Shown: positions 28,880 through 45,479 of the stretch, piece after piece | Layout: each line of letters opens with the position of its first letter | Numbering within the stretch: position 1 is the first letter of the stretch | Made by a program: the position numbers and the translations under genes | Assembly: GCF_009914755.1 (NCBI RefSeq) | Contig: NC_060926.1 | Reading direction: 5' to 3' (one strand) | Source: the human T2T-CHM13v2.0 reference genome, Homo sapiens | Length of the DNA: 64,000 nt | The notes under the pieces: model-generated | The model's database searches: none | Seen by the model: only the letters and a program-made list of their open reading frames with translations | Told to the model about the DNA's origin: nothing

Positions 28880-30361
28880 TCAACTTCTAAGAGCAATTTA
28901 TATTCTCTACACATATCAGCAAGTTAAGAATAGGCCTGGTGTGAGCTGAAGTAAATGTAATAATAATAATAATAAAAAACAAACAAAAAAAGAATAAGCT
29001 AACAATAAATACACATCAATCTCAGGCCCATAGCAGATGGAATTTAACATTAATACTTCTTTCACAATGAGTCCTAGCCATCATACAGAGCTAAAGTAAA
29101 TTTTTCACATGGAGATGGTATAAACTGTACTCGGGCCCTTCCTAAGCTAGTTTCCCATTTACCTTTCCAATCTAATCTCCCATGATGCCCTAGCCATTCC
29201 CTAAACCTTATGTTTCCCTACCTTACCTGAAATGTCCTCCCAGCCTCACCTGCTACCATTCCCTAAGGCTGACTTAAATGACCTCTCTTCCATAATATTC
29301 CTAATGACTCTAGTCAGAAACTTTCTCTCCCTCCTTGGTATTTCATGACTTTCCATTTTGACTACCATTATAACCCTTGCTAAATCCATACTGACTTGTG
29401 GCAGAACAGTAGGACTGACAACAGAATTCAAGTGACTGGAACTCTGCCCAGTGTTCTTTACTGTATCACTTAACTTCTGTGCACATGCCTGAAACTCATA
29501 ACAAATAAACTGCTGAGTACCCACCAATCGAAGAGAAAGATGCTTGCCACCCTCAGAAACCAGCATTGTAGGCAGAAGTTATGAAATTAAAAACTCACTG
29601 ACGATTAGATACATCAAGTCTAATAATAAATGATATAATGAGATAATGCAAGTATGGTGCCTGGCACAGAGTAAGCACTCAAAAAATACCAACAATGATG
29701 ATAACTGACAAATCATTACCAAGGATAAATTATTATCATGTATATTAATGCTAGCTTTTTGAAAAAGCATTTAAAACGTAACACAAAAACTGATGTACCA
29801 TCAGATTATTGTACTATTGTCCAATGTTAGGCAATATTGTTCATTATGCTGTTCTACAACTAGTTTTCAAAGGCTAGTTGGCCTGTATTTCACTTATTAA
29901 AACAAAATGATACACATCAACTGAAATGGTAAAAAGAATTCATTTCATGTCAATGTCAGTTCTAGTGATTCTTGCCATGCTTTCTTGAGAAAGATCCTGA
30001 AGCCACATCCAGCCATAGCAGAAAACAGCTCCCGGATCTGCTACAGCTGCTGAGATGGAGAATGGTGACATGCACACTGGGGATAAGCGTTTTCCCCACA
30101 GCATAAAGAAGTTTTACAGCAAGACTTAGGTATAATGTGACTGATTAATTATGAAATGCAACTGACATGAAGCAATCTATTCTCAAATGAAACTAGTCCT
30201 CTCTGTGTAAAAGAAAAACACTCTGCAGACACATGGCAACGCAGCTGTGTATCTGAGTGAACTTGTATTTTATCATGGCAATGGATAATAAGGGATAGTG
30301 ACAAGAGGCAATTTAAATTAAGCTACCCTGAAGTGGCAGTAGTTAGTACACAGTAAGAAAC

Positions 30362-30588
30362 TTTTTTTTGTTTGAGACAGAGTCTCACCCTGTCGCCCAC
30401 ACTGGAGTTCAGTGGTGCAATCTCGGCTTGCTGCAACCTCCACCACACCCGACTAATTTTTGTATTTTTAGTAGAGATGGGGTTTTGCCATGTTGGCCAC
30501 ACTGGTCTCGAACTTGTAGCCTCAAGTGATCCGCCCGCCTCGGCCTCCCAAAGTGCTGGGATTACAGGCATGAGCCACCATGCCTGCC
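30362..30588 (-). mobile_element. AluS-like element with an internal deletion
   Basis: Reverse Alu missing part of the right arm. Confidence 0.85.
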
Positions 30589-32650
30589 AGGAACTTTTTT
30601 AATGTTAATATTTATGTGTTTATTTTAATGTGTTAGAAAAATACAACAAGTAAATGAACCTTATAGTTTTTACAGATATTATTCCTATAACAAGGCTGAA
30701 GTACATAAGCCAACTTAAAAGTGAGCCAATTTAAAAGAAAATATTACAACTACTATGCAGATATAGCAAAAATCAATATGATGAAGTGTGAATTATTTAC
30801 ACTTAGAAAGTCAGAGACTAGGCTTAAAAAAATGGCTGTTACTCTTGTGCAAAACTGGATTTAACAACATAGACCATCTTTGCTCAGCGATGCTTAGGCT
30901 TGCCTATAAACATCTTTATAAACATCTTTAATGTTGAAATTCCTACAGGAAAATTTAGTACAAATCTGAAACCCTCTAGGAGCTCACTCCTTTCTCTTCC
31001 CCCCAGTGATAAACATTGAATGTATTAAAGTGACTTTGGACAGCTAAACAGACTGTTTCTAACATCCCTGGTGTGACAGTTCAGTCACAGGCCTTGGATG
31101 CAGACAGGCATGGGCGGGAATCCCTGATCCACAGCCATGGCGTAGGACAAGTTACTTAAATTAACTGCTGTGAAAGACAGGAATGCCCACTTCACAGGAG
31201 TATACTGAGAAGAAATGGAATCATGTACACAAAGCCCTTGGCACAGGGTAAACATTCCCTGCAGAGCAGCCACTAGTCAAGACTCGGCCTCTGTGCTCCT
31301 TCGAAGACACATGAGGCTCTAAGGTCACAAAATCAAACTGGCAATGGATATTGTAATAAGTATAAAGTATAAGTATAAAAAGGATAAAGTAATAAGTAAC
31401 TTTTTTCAAACTGGCACCACTAATATAAAAGGGCAGGGAAAAATGCATACCCAAGTTTTAACAGCAGTTGTTTCTGGGGAGGAAAAGAGGATTCGAAGTG
31501 GGGAAGAGAACTGTTATGGTTTAATCTACATGGTTAAAGTATGAGTCCTTTAAAATAAGATGTATTCCTATGACACTCATATGTTTTAAAAAATAAAAAT
31601 ATATTTTTCAATGTTATTTTTGGTACTTCATTTTATATGAAATCCTGGATGCTCACAACTACAAATGTGTGTATATATATGTGCAAAGATGAATGACATG
31701 GCATTACAGACCTAGTGTACACGGTATGAGACCATGGAAAAGCACTGTTCTAGGAGGCTAAAGGTCAGGACCCTGCTCATGATATAATGAGATCATGCAG
31801 GTATGGTGGCCTGGAACACAGCAGTTCTCCTGCTGTCTGTGTAAAATGTGCTACGTACTTATCCTCTCTCAGCCTCAGGCTTCCTCATTGGTGCAGTGCC
31901 TGACATATAATAAATGCTCAACAAATGTTGAATGAATGACTCCTGAATCAGAAAAATCTTAATGCTTAATATTTATTAAGCAAACTAGAAGTAGAGTCCC
32001 TTAAATACTCTAAAATATTGAGAATTTCAGAGGTAGGGCTAAGTTGCAGGGGAGAAAAAGAAGAAGCTTCCTTTCCCCTCATAGATTAAACATACTTGAA
32101 TGCTCAAGAACTACATTGCAGGCACCACAGAAATGCTCAGCAAGAGGGAAAAACGGAACTACAAATTGCATACACATTTTATTCTTTCAAATGGTCAATC
32201 TGGTGGGGGAGGGAAATTTCCTTCTGATTTTGTAATAAAAGTCATTTCCTGATTTAGGCCTTTTATGTCAGCTTTTCAACTCAAAGCAAATGTTTGTGAA
32301 CATGTTCAAAGACAAAGAAATTAATTTAATGTGGAACAGTCCACAAGCCTTTACCCAGGACGGCATCTAGTGGGCACAGCCATAACCAAATTAAGACCAA
32401 ATATTCTAACTTAATAAATTTGGTTATGAAATACATTGTGAACTCTCAACACTCACATGAAACTATAAAATACTTTGTCATCTCTCATTTGAGGTATTTT
32501 TTTCTAGGCCTTCATTTTCTTTTGTGGCTGTAAAAACAAAAGCTTCAACATTACTTTACCAGGAATTGTATAATCTCAAGTAACAAAGTTATTCTTCCAG
32601 AATCTGGAAGTTCTAACAGTCTAGATTTTATAAATTCTTATAAAGCATCA

Positions 32651-32887
<237 letters not shown>

Positions 32888-33323
32888 TTAAATAAAAATG
32901 TTTAAAAGATTAAAAACCTTTTCACCCTTACTAACGTACTGCTAATGCCACTATTTCCCTATCAATATTACCTCCTCCCTCCCCACCGCTCTGCCACCCC
33001 TCTGCTCCTACACAGATGTACAAACCACCCCCACTTCCATCTCTCCCACACACAGCTTCTGCCTTCAGGCCCAAGTTGAGAAAATGAATCTCTGAGAGAT
33101 TCAACAAGGGCTCCAAACTCAAAACCTGTCTTTCTTCAAAGAACTAGTCATCACAGGTTTTCAACTTACTCTAATCATTTGGGCATCTGTTTTGTATCCT
33201 CTCCACAGCAAATGCCTCTCATTGCAGAGCATGTCCAAATACTGCTTGATTCCTACGTTCTGTTTTCTCGAAGCCTTCCTGGCATTAAATAATCAGTTTC
33301 TAACAATAAGGAGTGTTTATTTA

Positions 33324-33575
<252 letters not shown>

Positions 33576-33731
33576 TCATTGGATTATTTTTTTAATGTTT
33601 ACATTGTGTTTCAACATATGCTACTAGCTGAAACAGTAACCTTTCTTTTTGAGTTCTATCAGAAACCAGATATCTTAACTGATGTTTTATCATTCCTTAA
33701 CAGACTCTGAAGGATCGCAAAAAAAAAATTA

Positions 33732-33911
<180 letters not shown>

Positions 33912-34539
33912 TCATTATTGCAGTTCTATTACGTTCCCAAGAAATTGTCATTAGAGCCACACATTGAGAATAAACTTGATGTTTCAAAAACAGTATTATG
34001 AGGGATAAATTTGCTATATTAGATTCATATATGAACATTCTACTTGCTAGACAGTTTGCACTGCCTGGAAATAATATAAAATGCCAAACAATTTTCCCTT
34101 TCAGATAGTCATTCCCCATTCCCCACAGTAAAACACTGTTGTGCTACATCATTCCAAAGACGTTTATAAATCCTGCTAAAGATTTTCAGTCTCGTCCTAT
34201 GCAAGCAGATGGATATGACCAAGAAAGAGTAATTCCAATATCACAGTGTCCATCATACTAAGTCTAAGAGCATGATGAAGATATTCCTTTCTTACCATTT
34301 CCAGGTGGAGAAATGCAATGATGAATTTGGTACTCAGTCTCCTTCAAACAGTATATAACTCCACCGTATTAGTGAGGTGAGAACACACACACATAAATCC
34401 CAGGCTTTTCAACACCTTTGGAAATGTCCTTATGAATATTTCTTATCACTCATTCACTCTCAAAAGTATAACATGCCACTAGCAAAAAGGCCATAGATTT
34501 TAAAACCTGTTTTGATTCAAGTAAGGCAATGGTCTGGAA

Positions 34540-34720
34540 CCTTGCTACTCAAAATGCGGTCCTCAGAGCAGAAGCACTAGCATCACCTGAGTGCTCGTGA
34601 GAAAGGCTGACTGCAGGTCTTGATAGCTAGTGGCAGTGACACCAGAGCTACTGAAGCCCAATCTGCACGTTTTCAAGATCCCCAGGTGATGAGAATGCAC
34701 TGCAGGGTTTGGGAGGCACA
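34540..34720. mobile_element. MER5-like hAT fragment
   Basis: tgctactcaaaatgcggtcc...aatctgcacgttttcaagatccccaggtgat. Confidence 0.55.
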
Positions 34721-34997
34721 AGGTGAAGATTGCAAAGTAATAATAACTTTTCTCAATAGTTACTATGACCTAAACAGTTATTATGAGCTGAACAGTACGA
34801 GATGCATTTTAAAGATAATCTTACTTAATCCTCACAACAGATGCTATTAGTATTCTCATTTGACAGGTAAGGAATTTGAATTTTAGCTGAATAACTAGTT
34901 CCAGGTCAGAATAGTAAACTGCCAAGTCCAAGTGCTGCTATATGCCCAGTGCTTATTATCTGATTATCAGATAATAAGCGTTTGGTATATGTATTTA

Positions 34998-35339
<342 letters not shown>

Positions 35340-35818
35340 CTAATGAACAAATTAATGAATTAATAAATTAGGACAACCTAATTCCAAAGTACACACCATT
35401 AACCATTAGTCTGACTACTGACAACTTATCTCCCCTAGTTCTCTTATTTTAAAACTTTATTTTTTTCTATGAAATAACAAAACACAAGAAAAAAAATTTT
35501 CAGAGTTTGAGAAAATATGCTATTTCATGTGAGAAAGAATCAGTTTCCCCCAGAGGATCCTTCCCTAAGAAAAGCTGTTCTAATTTAAGTTTAGGAGGAA
35601 ATAAATGAACAAATGCCAAAACACTCATGCAGTACTCCTTTTCAGAAAGCCCACCATTTCAAATTTACAAAAGGTCTCTATATTACAAATAAATGATTTT
35701 AAGGGTTTATCCATATGAGGAGAAGAGTGAACCAAATATTAAAATATATTTCTCCTTTTCTTCCCAAAAATATATAATCACTTTTATTAACACTTGACAA
35801 ATCATCATATTGAAAAGA

Positions 35819-36152
<334 letters not shown>

Positions 36153-36204
36153 TTAAAACCATCTAAAAAGCTATGTCCAGCTAATCCCAATTGCTACTGT
36201 CATA

Positions 36205-36695
36205 AACTGCAAAAATGGCCACAAATTTCTCCCCTCTCTGTATCCATGGCCTTGCAATGTGACACTGCCAATCTTCCAATCAGGAGATGACATCTATTTC
36301 TCCACCTGTCAAATCTAGCCAAATGACTGGCTTTGGCCAACAGAATAATGTTTGAAAAATGCCTGGGCACTGGGCATGCTCTCTTGCTGCTAGGAACCCT
36401 GCAACCAACCCCAAGTCAAAAAGCCCAAGCTAGCCTGCTATATGATGAGGGACATGTGAGTTGTTGACCCCACTGCCAAGAAGCAGACGTGAGTGAGGCC
36501 ATCCCAGATCATCCAGTTGCTAGCCAACCAGTCAACTGACTACATATGGGTAAGCCCAGCAGAGATTAGCCAAACTTGCTCAGACCAGGAAAACCACCCT
36601 ATTGACCAAAAGAATCATGAGATAAATAAATGGTTGTTGTTTTAAGCCACTAAGTCTTGGGGGTAGTTTGTTAAATAACAAAAGCTAACTGACAA
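36205..36695 (+). mobile_element. MLT1 (MaLR) solo LTR
   Basis: aaaaatggccacaaatttctccc...gaatcatgagataaataaatggttgttgttttaagccactaagt...gctaactgaca. Confidence 0.7.
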
Positions 36696-37269
36696 TAGAT
36701 ATTTAATCCAAATCAACTTTTAAAAACTAATATTGCCTATATAATTTCAGTTATGCTTCATACAGTTATGTTTCTTTTGAAGTATAATTAACACTCTAGA
36801 ATAAAATATGATGCTAAATGTTAATGTCTTCCGGAATGGGGAGGTTTTGATCTTAGCAGGTTTCATCTACTGTAAAAGCTATTTAAATAGCAGAAACTAT
36901 TTCAGGCTGTGATTTACTTCATAAATGGCAAGGGAATAGTGAAAGATTCAAAGGGGAAGGAAAAGCTCATCAAAGAATGCTCTCACTGAATGAGAACCAC
37001 GAAGTGACTGTGATACTGTTATGTTTTAGAACAGTCATCTTTATGTCAAGTCCCTTGGGGACAAAACCACCCAAGAATAATACTGGTTTAGATTTTTTAC
37101 CAAGATCTTACGCTTGAAAATAACTATGTGGTTACTACTAAATTAGTCTTAATAATACATTTGAAATTATTTATTAGTTACAGTGATGCCTTCAGCAACT
37201 GTTAATTCAAGCGTGAACAGACTATGTTCGGAGGGCTGAGTAATCTTAAAAGGAGTGAGACTATAAATT

Positions 37270-37525
37270 ACTTATTTAATAAGTTCTATTGTTCTACAGC
37301 ACTGTAGGATGCTACAAAATAATTAACGACAATTTATTGTATATTTTCAAATATAGAGGAGCAGACTACGAATGTTCCCAACACAACAAAATAATAAATG
37401 TCTGATATGATGGATATGCCAACTACCATGATTTGATCATTACATATTATATACATGTATAGAAACATCACACTGTACCCCATAAATATGTACAATTATT
37501 ATGTGCCAATTAAAGAATAAAAACA
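37270..37525 (+). mobile_element. L1MA 3' end
   Basis: aataagttctattgttctacagcactgtagg...catcacactgtaccccataaatatgtacaattattatgtg. Confidence 0.8.
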
Positions 37526-37903
37526 TTTTTTAAAAAACTACTCAGTTAACTAGTTAATAGAATAAATCATAGGAATTATGACCACACAATGTTGTTGTAT
37601 AATGTTGTGTTTACAGCTGCTGTCAAACTGTCTGAATTTAGATCCTAGCTCTACCACTTAAAAATAATAAGCAAGGTATTTAACATCTCAAGGTCTCAGG
37701 GACTCCATCTGGAAAAAGCTTAATAAGAGCACCTACCCTCACAGGATTATGGTGAAGACTAAATCCATGTAATGCACATAGTATAGCACCTGGCACACGG
37801 GTGGGTAGGTAGGGGATGGATAGACAGACAGAACATGAGTGCTCTATAGCCATTATTATTAGCATTGTTGTCATAATCATGAAGTCATTTCTTAAGCACT
37901 TAC

Positions 37904-37955
37904 TGGAAAGGTATGTGATTTTCCATTAGGAAAAACCACTTCAGCAGCTTCGACC
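37904..37955 (-). CDS. FARSB: FARSB exon 10 (52 nt)
   Basis: Encodes VEAAEVVFPNGKSHTFP; cag/gtaagt boundaries. Confidence 0.96.
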
Positions 37956-38794
37956 CTGAAAACAAAAGCCAGAAATAAAATACTTAAGAAAAAAATGTGC
38001 CATAAATTACAGACATGAGTATGGTTATCAAATCTTTCATTTGGGCTACAACTACAGCCTCAACATACTCCATCTATCGCATTCCAGCACTGTTTGGATT
38101 GATCTTGCTATAAACAATAATACTCTACTGTTTCATCTCCTAGGGCTCCGATGTCCTTTTCAGGCACCACCTACTTGAAAGGTTTATTTTCCAGTACTGC
38201 AAAGCATGCATCCGACAGGGACTCCTTGCCAATACTGACACACACATTCTAGGCTTTACCAGGGCAGTGTGTTACATAATAAAACTGAAAGAATCACTGA
38301 AATGAAAATCAGTTGAAAAAAAACTGATACTGCCCATATAATTTCAATCATGCTTTCTACAGTTATATATTTATTTTCAATTATATTAATATTCTAGAAT
38401 AAACTATGATGCTAGTACCAAGGACCACATAGATGTGTTAAATAGTTTTTTAAACTAAAAATATGCTTTGGAAAAAATACAGTAATCTTACCGACATGGG
38501 ATACATGCTTTGCTCTTATATATGCTTCTCTACCTCTGTTTAGCTGCTCTTTTGCTGTTCCTCCATCTATATATTCTCAAATCCAATGATCCCCAAACAC
38601 AGCTTAAATTTCATTGCCTCCATGAAGCCTTCTCAGATTGTATCAGCTGGCAGTAACTTGCCCTTACAAACAGCCGGAATATCACCAAAACTTTTTAAAG
38701 TACTTAATGCTTATGACTTTATCCAATATTTATGCGTATGTCTTATCTCCCTGAACAGATTATATGTTCTAGTTATAGGAACCACATTTTTAAT

Positions 38795-39107
38795 CTTTAT
38801 ATTTGTTTATTCATTCATTTTTTTAAAGCCAGTGTCTCATTCTGTGACCCAGTCTCAAGTGCAGTGGCACAAACATAGCTCACAACAGCCTCGACCTCCC
38901 AGACTCAAGCAATCCTCCTGCCTCAGTCTCCCCAATAGCTAGGACTACAGGCGCAGGCCACCAAACCCAAGTAATTTTTTAATTTTTTGTAGATATGGCA
39001 TCTTCTTGTGTTGCCCAGGCTGGTCTTGAACTCCTGGGCTCAAGCAATCCTCCCGCCTCAGCCTCCCAAAGTGCTGGGATTATAGGTGTGAGCCACCGCA
39101 CCTGGCC
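38795..39107 (-). mobile_element. AluJ-like element
   Basis: Reverse dimeric Alu ending gagccaccgcacctggcc. Confidence 0.87.
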
Positions 39108-39178
39108 TATCTTTACATTTAGCACAAAGCCTCGCCTTCAGAACAATGGGCCATCAATAAAGGTGCTGGATGAACTTA

Positions 39179-39289
<111 letters not shown>

Positions 39290-40628
39290 TCACTCAGATG
39301 GAAATGAATTAATATTTAATATAATTGTGTCCTCACATCTAATGGACCTTTACGTATACATTTTAAGAAAGGAAGTGGAATAAAAACATGAGTAGGCCTA
39401 GCCTTATCTTCAGGTGTTCTGCATTTACGCAGTTCTCTGACAGTTATAATCCATGACTGAGACAAATCGTTTCGTTCCCCCACCCCCAACCTCAGGTTCA
39501 CTGGGCTTCAACAGAGACAAATGGCTAATTACTGGAATAAATCTTAACAATCTCCTAAGTCTCTGAAGCCAGGCTGCTTGAATCCTGGCTCAAGCACTTA
39601 TTAACAGTATGACACTAGGCAAACCACTTTTCTTACCTGTTAAGGAGATAATGAAAATTCCTATCTTGTCTGGTACTTACAAAGATTAAATAATTGGCAT
39701 GTAGTAAACACCATATAGATTTGTTAAATAATTTTTCTATTTCAAAAAAAATTCTTAGAAAAAAAATACCGTGACCTTATTGGAATATATGCTTTACTCT
39801 TATATAAATATTTCACTCCTATATATACAGGCTTCAGGAAAGACATTCAAGGTCTGTAAATGCACGAATTAAATTTTTTAAAAAATTAATATTAAAAGCT
39901 GTACTACCCTGACAATATTTCTGAAGGCAAGGAGTACCTAAAAGTTATAAAGGAAATACCTTACAATGGTCTCTAATCCTATAAGATGTACATGAATACC
40001 ATTTATTTGCCCTATTTCTATACTCCAGCCTTCTCCTGCCATTTGAGGTTACCTTTTTTAAATTGTTTAACTGCCACCTCATTTAACATATGTAAAGAAG
40101 TCATATGTCATAGAAAAAGCTTTCATAGCAATCCATTCCAATAGATGAACTGACTCAAAGTGGGTGAAGAATTATATTCTAGATAATTTTGTGTGCATAA
40201 ACCAACCATCTATCAATTTACTAAATAAAGCTTCTTCATCGCCAGTTCCTTTTTTTTTTTTAAGATTTTAACAAGTACACAAAGGTACCAAATTACTCCG
40301 CATATAAATTAAGTCAACTAGATAAACAATTTATATGGATTTCGCTATAGTACTCATTCCATTTTGTGTTTTATAGTTACGTATATGACTAACTCTCCCC
40401 CTAGGAGTTCTTTGAAGTGAAGAAACATGTAACTCATTATTAAATTCTTGGCACTGGAAAGACATTTGGTGCTCACTAAACATTTGTCGAATTAATGAAA
40501 GCACCATAACCAAAGTGTAGAATATCTCTATCTTTTTAATTGTCTAAATTTCTAAAATATGTTCCCACCTACAAAATGCACATATTTTAAATTTTAGCCA
40601 CTTAGTCTTGGTCCGGAAATAAAATCTA

Positions 40629-40766
<138 letters not shown>

Positions 40767-40862
40767 TTAAAATAACTAATTTCAGAAATAGAAGTGCACT
40801 ATTAAGCTCAACAAAACAGAAACTACATTTTAAATGTAAAACATATTAAAAACTAACACCTT

Positions 40863-41220
40863 GGCCAGGGATGGTGGCTCACACCCACCAGCACTCTGGG
40901 AGGCCAAAGTGGGCGGATCACCTGAGGTCAGGAGTTCAAGACCAGCCTAACTAACACAGAGAAACCCCTTCTCTACTAAAAATACAAAATTAGCCAGGCG
41001 TGGTGGCGCATGCCTGTAATCCCACTTACTTGGGAGGCTCAGGCAGGAGAATTGCTTGAACCCGGGAGGTGCAGGTTGTGGTGAGCCGAGATGGTGCAAT
41101 GGCACGACATGGTGCAATGGCACGACATGGTGCAATGGCACGAGAGTGTGCCATTGCACTCCAGCCTGGGCAACAAAAGCAAATCTCTGTCTCAAAAAAA
41201 TAAAAATAATAAAAAAAGAA
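40863..41220 (+). mobile_element. AluSp/Sq-like element with an internal 18-bp triple repeat
   Basis: Dimeric Alu with (atggtgcaatggcacgac)x3 at 41091-41143. Confidence 0.88.
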
Positions 41221-41720
41221 CCTAACATCTTAAGAGCAAAGGGATAAACAACTTATATTTAAAGCTCCTACTGCAAGTTGAAGAATAAAAATAAAATAAT
41301 TAACAGGCCTTTACTGAATGCATACAATGTGTCAGGTGCTATGCCAAGCACTTAACATAGGTTGTCTCCTCTAATCTTTACCACAATCCTATGATGTAAT
41401 TGCTGGCAAGAAACTAAATTCAGAGAGATTAAACTATTTGACCATGATCATGAGCAGCAAGGCTAGGATTTGGGTCTAGAACTGGTTAACTCTGGGGCCC
41501 ATGTTCTTAACCACTGTAACTACTAGGGTCCAAGATCTTGAGAAGAAGCTTCTCCTTCTCATAGCAAATCAGCTAAGCCTCCTTCTTACCTCCAGAAACG
41601 CAAACATCTATGTCTCAGACATCATTAAGTTTTGTAAATACATTCAAACTGCCTCATAAAAATAGCCTTCAGAAAGGAATTAAGAGGGCAAAATTTAAAT
41701 TAAAAGTTTTTGTTTAACTA

Positions 41721-41933
<213 letters not shown>

Positions 41934-42182
41934 CTACAGACATGACAGAGTTTGACTTTGAGTTTAACCAAGTGAATTACCTGCTAAAACCAAAACATCA
42001 ATAACCTTTGAAGAAACATAATAGAACCCAAAACCTAGCATCAGAAAATATTTATAAATGTATGAGCATAAGTTACATAAGAATCACCAATAAAATGTTG
42101 TTGAATAAATGAATGAAAAGAATGATTAGAATCTACAAAAGACCTGAGATACTCAGATTATGAGTTATTTGAATTTGATTCA

Positions 42183-42413
<231 letters not shown>

Positions 42414-42468
42414 TTAATTTCTATCACTATAGTTCACATACTGACCTAATATTAAAAAAGAAGAGAAC

Positions 42469-42791
<323 letters not shown>

Positions 42792-43413
42792 TTAAAACAG
42801 ACCCAAATTAAAGAAAGCTCTAAATTTATAAGATTTTCTAATATAAATTAATATTCCAGTATTCAATGAACACAATTGAATCATTTCTCAAGAGTGAAAA
42901 CAGATTTGCACTGGTATGCCTGAATCATTTCAAAGGAAACATAAACCATGACAAAACTATTTAGATAAATACGAAGAAGTCACTTGCAAATCAGGGCAAG
43001 GATGACCCTGCTTTTTCTAAACGACACCTATTTTTTCTACTTATTAAATACAATTCAAAGTGACTACTGAATTCATTTTCGCTGCTGGACTTTTAAATAA
43101 TGGGAGATAGACAGCTTGTAACAGTATTTCCCACAAAAAACACTAGCTAAGTTTTACTGTTCTTTATACTTGCATGAGTTTCAATTGAAGATTACAATGT
43201 GGTATGGTCTACTTCAGTGGTTCTCAATCCTAGCAGTACACTGAAATCATATCAGAGGTTAAAAATTTAATAATAAATAAAATAAAACTATGTTCAGGTC
43301 CCACTCTAGATCAGATGAATCACTGTCTCTAGGTTGGAGTCCAGACACTGCTATTTTTTAAAAGTATTGATTACATTTCCCTAGTTGCAAGGCTTGACTT
43401 TGATGGAATTTCA

Positions 43414-43677
<264 letters not shown>

Positions 43678-44849
43678 CTAAAGCCGAAATTCTAAAGATA
43701 ACATAAATATAGACTACATATTTTTTTTAATTATTTCAGATACTTCCCTGAAACAGCATATTGCTACTACATGGCATCATTAGTGGCATATAATGAACAA
43801 ATTCTCACAACCATTAAGAGTACTGAGAAATCACAAAACTACCTGAAATACATGATTTCAGGAGCTGAAGAAAATTCCTTGCCATTATCTTTTCCCAAAT
43901 ATTGTTTCTAGGATATCTTCAAAGTTAGCATTTCCTTTACCTCTTTTAACCTATTTCTTCTTGATATACTCAAGTAAACATGTTTTAATAAATTAGAACG
44001 AACTATCGAATTGTGGGTTTTTTGGCTTTTCTATGTTTTCCTAAATTTTATCACATAGCTGCATTACCTTAGTCATGGAAAAAATTTAATTTTAATTTTA
44101 ACAGCTCTGAATTACAGTTCAAGTTTACTTTAATGTATAAGGAAAGTTCAAAAGGTATTCATTTCACTTGTTCTACAGTTTATCCACAAAGGATTTAAGG
44201 TAATTTTAGGAAATTACAGCAAGCAACAAAATAGGAGAGAAAGAAATAGAAGTAGGGATGTAAAACCGAGCCAGGAAATGTTAATTCTGAATTAGAATCT
44301 AAAAGCCTAAGTCTTACCAGGAAAGGACACAAGTTTGGCTTTCTAACAGTCAATTTGAAAGGAGGAACTTGGTCAAAATTTGTGTTCTTAACATTCTTTA
44401 GTTTAAAGTGTATGTGCACTAAATTAGTTTAAAATGCTTAATATTAAATTTTGGTCAACTTCTAGGACTGCAGGACTGGTGAACTACAACTTTAATAAAT
44501 AGGGTTAAAAAGAATTGCTAACAGGCAATAAGGGAGTGTTACTTTACTCAATTAGTCATATGCTTACAGAAGATAATAAACCCAGAACTATCATAGGATA
44601 AAATATGCATGGTTTGATAAATGTAGGTAAATTAATAATTGACAAATGCACAGGTAAGAAAGTCTGTCTTCTTAGATATTAACATTGGTCCCTTAATCCT
44701 AAAACAGTACCTCAAAACATCACCAAAATTTCAACTTCAAATCAGCAACAAAAAAACGTAACTCCAGATGAATCAAAGACCTAAGCATTTTGAAAAGCAA
44801 AAGACAAACACACAGGCACACATACAAAAGACACCATAAAAATTATTCA

Positions 44850-45469
<620 letters not shown>

Positions 45470-45479
45470 AAGAATATGC

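Noticed and set aside
32360-32378. CTCF-like motif (minus strand CCACTAGATGCCG)
   Set aside because: It mismatches a strongly conserved G of the core and cannot be supported without ChIP data. The similar word near 15481 is weaker.
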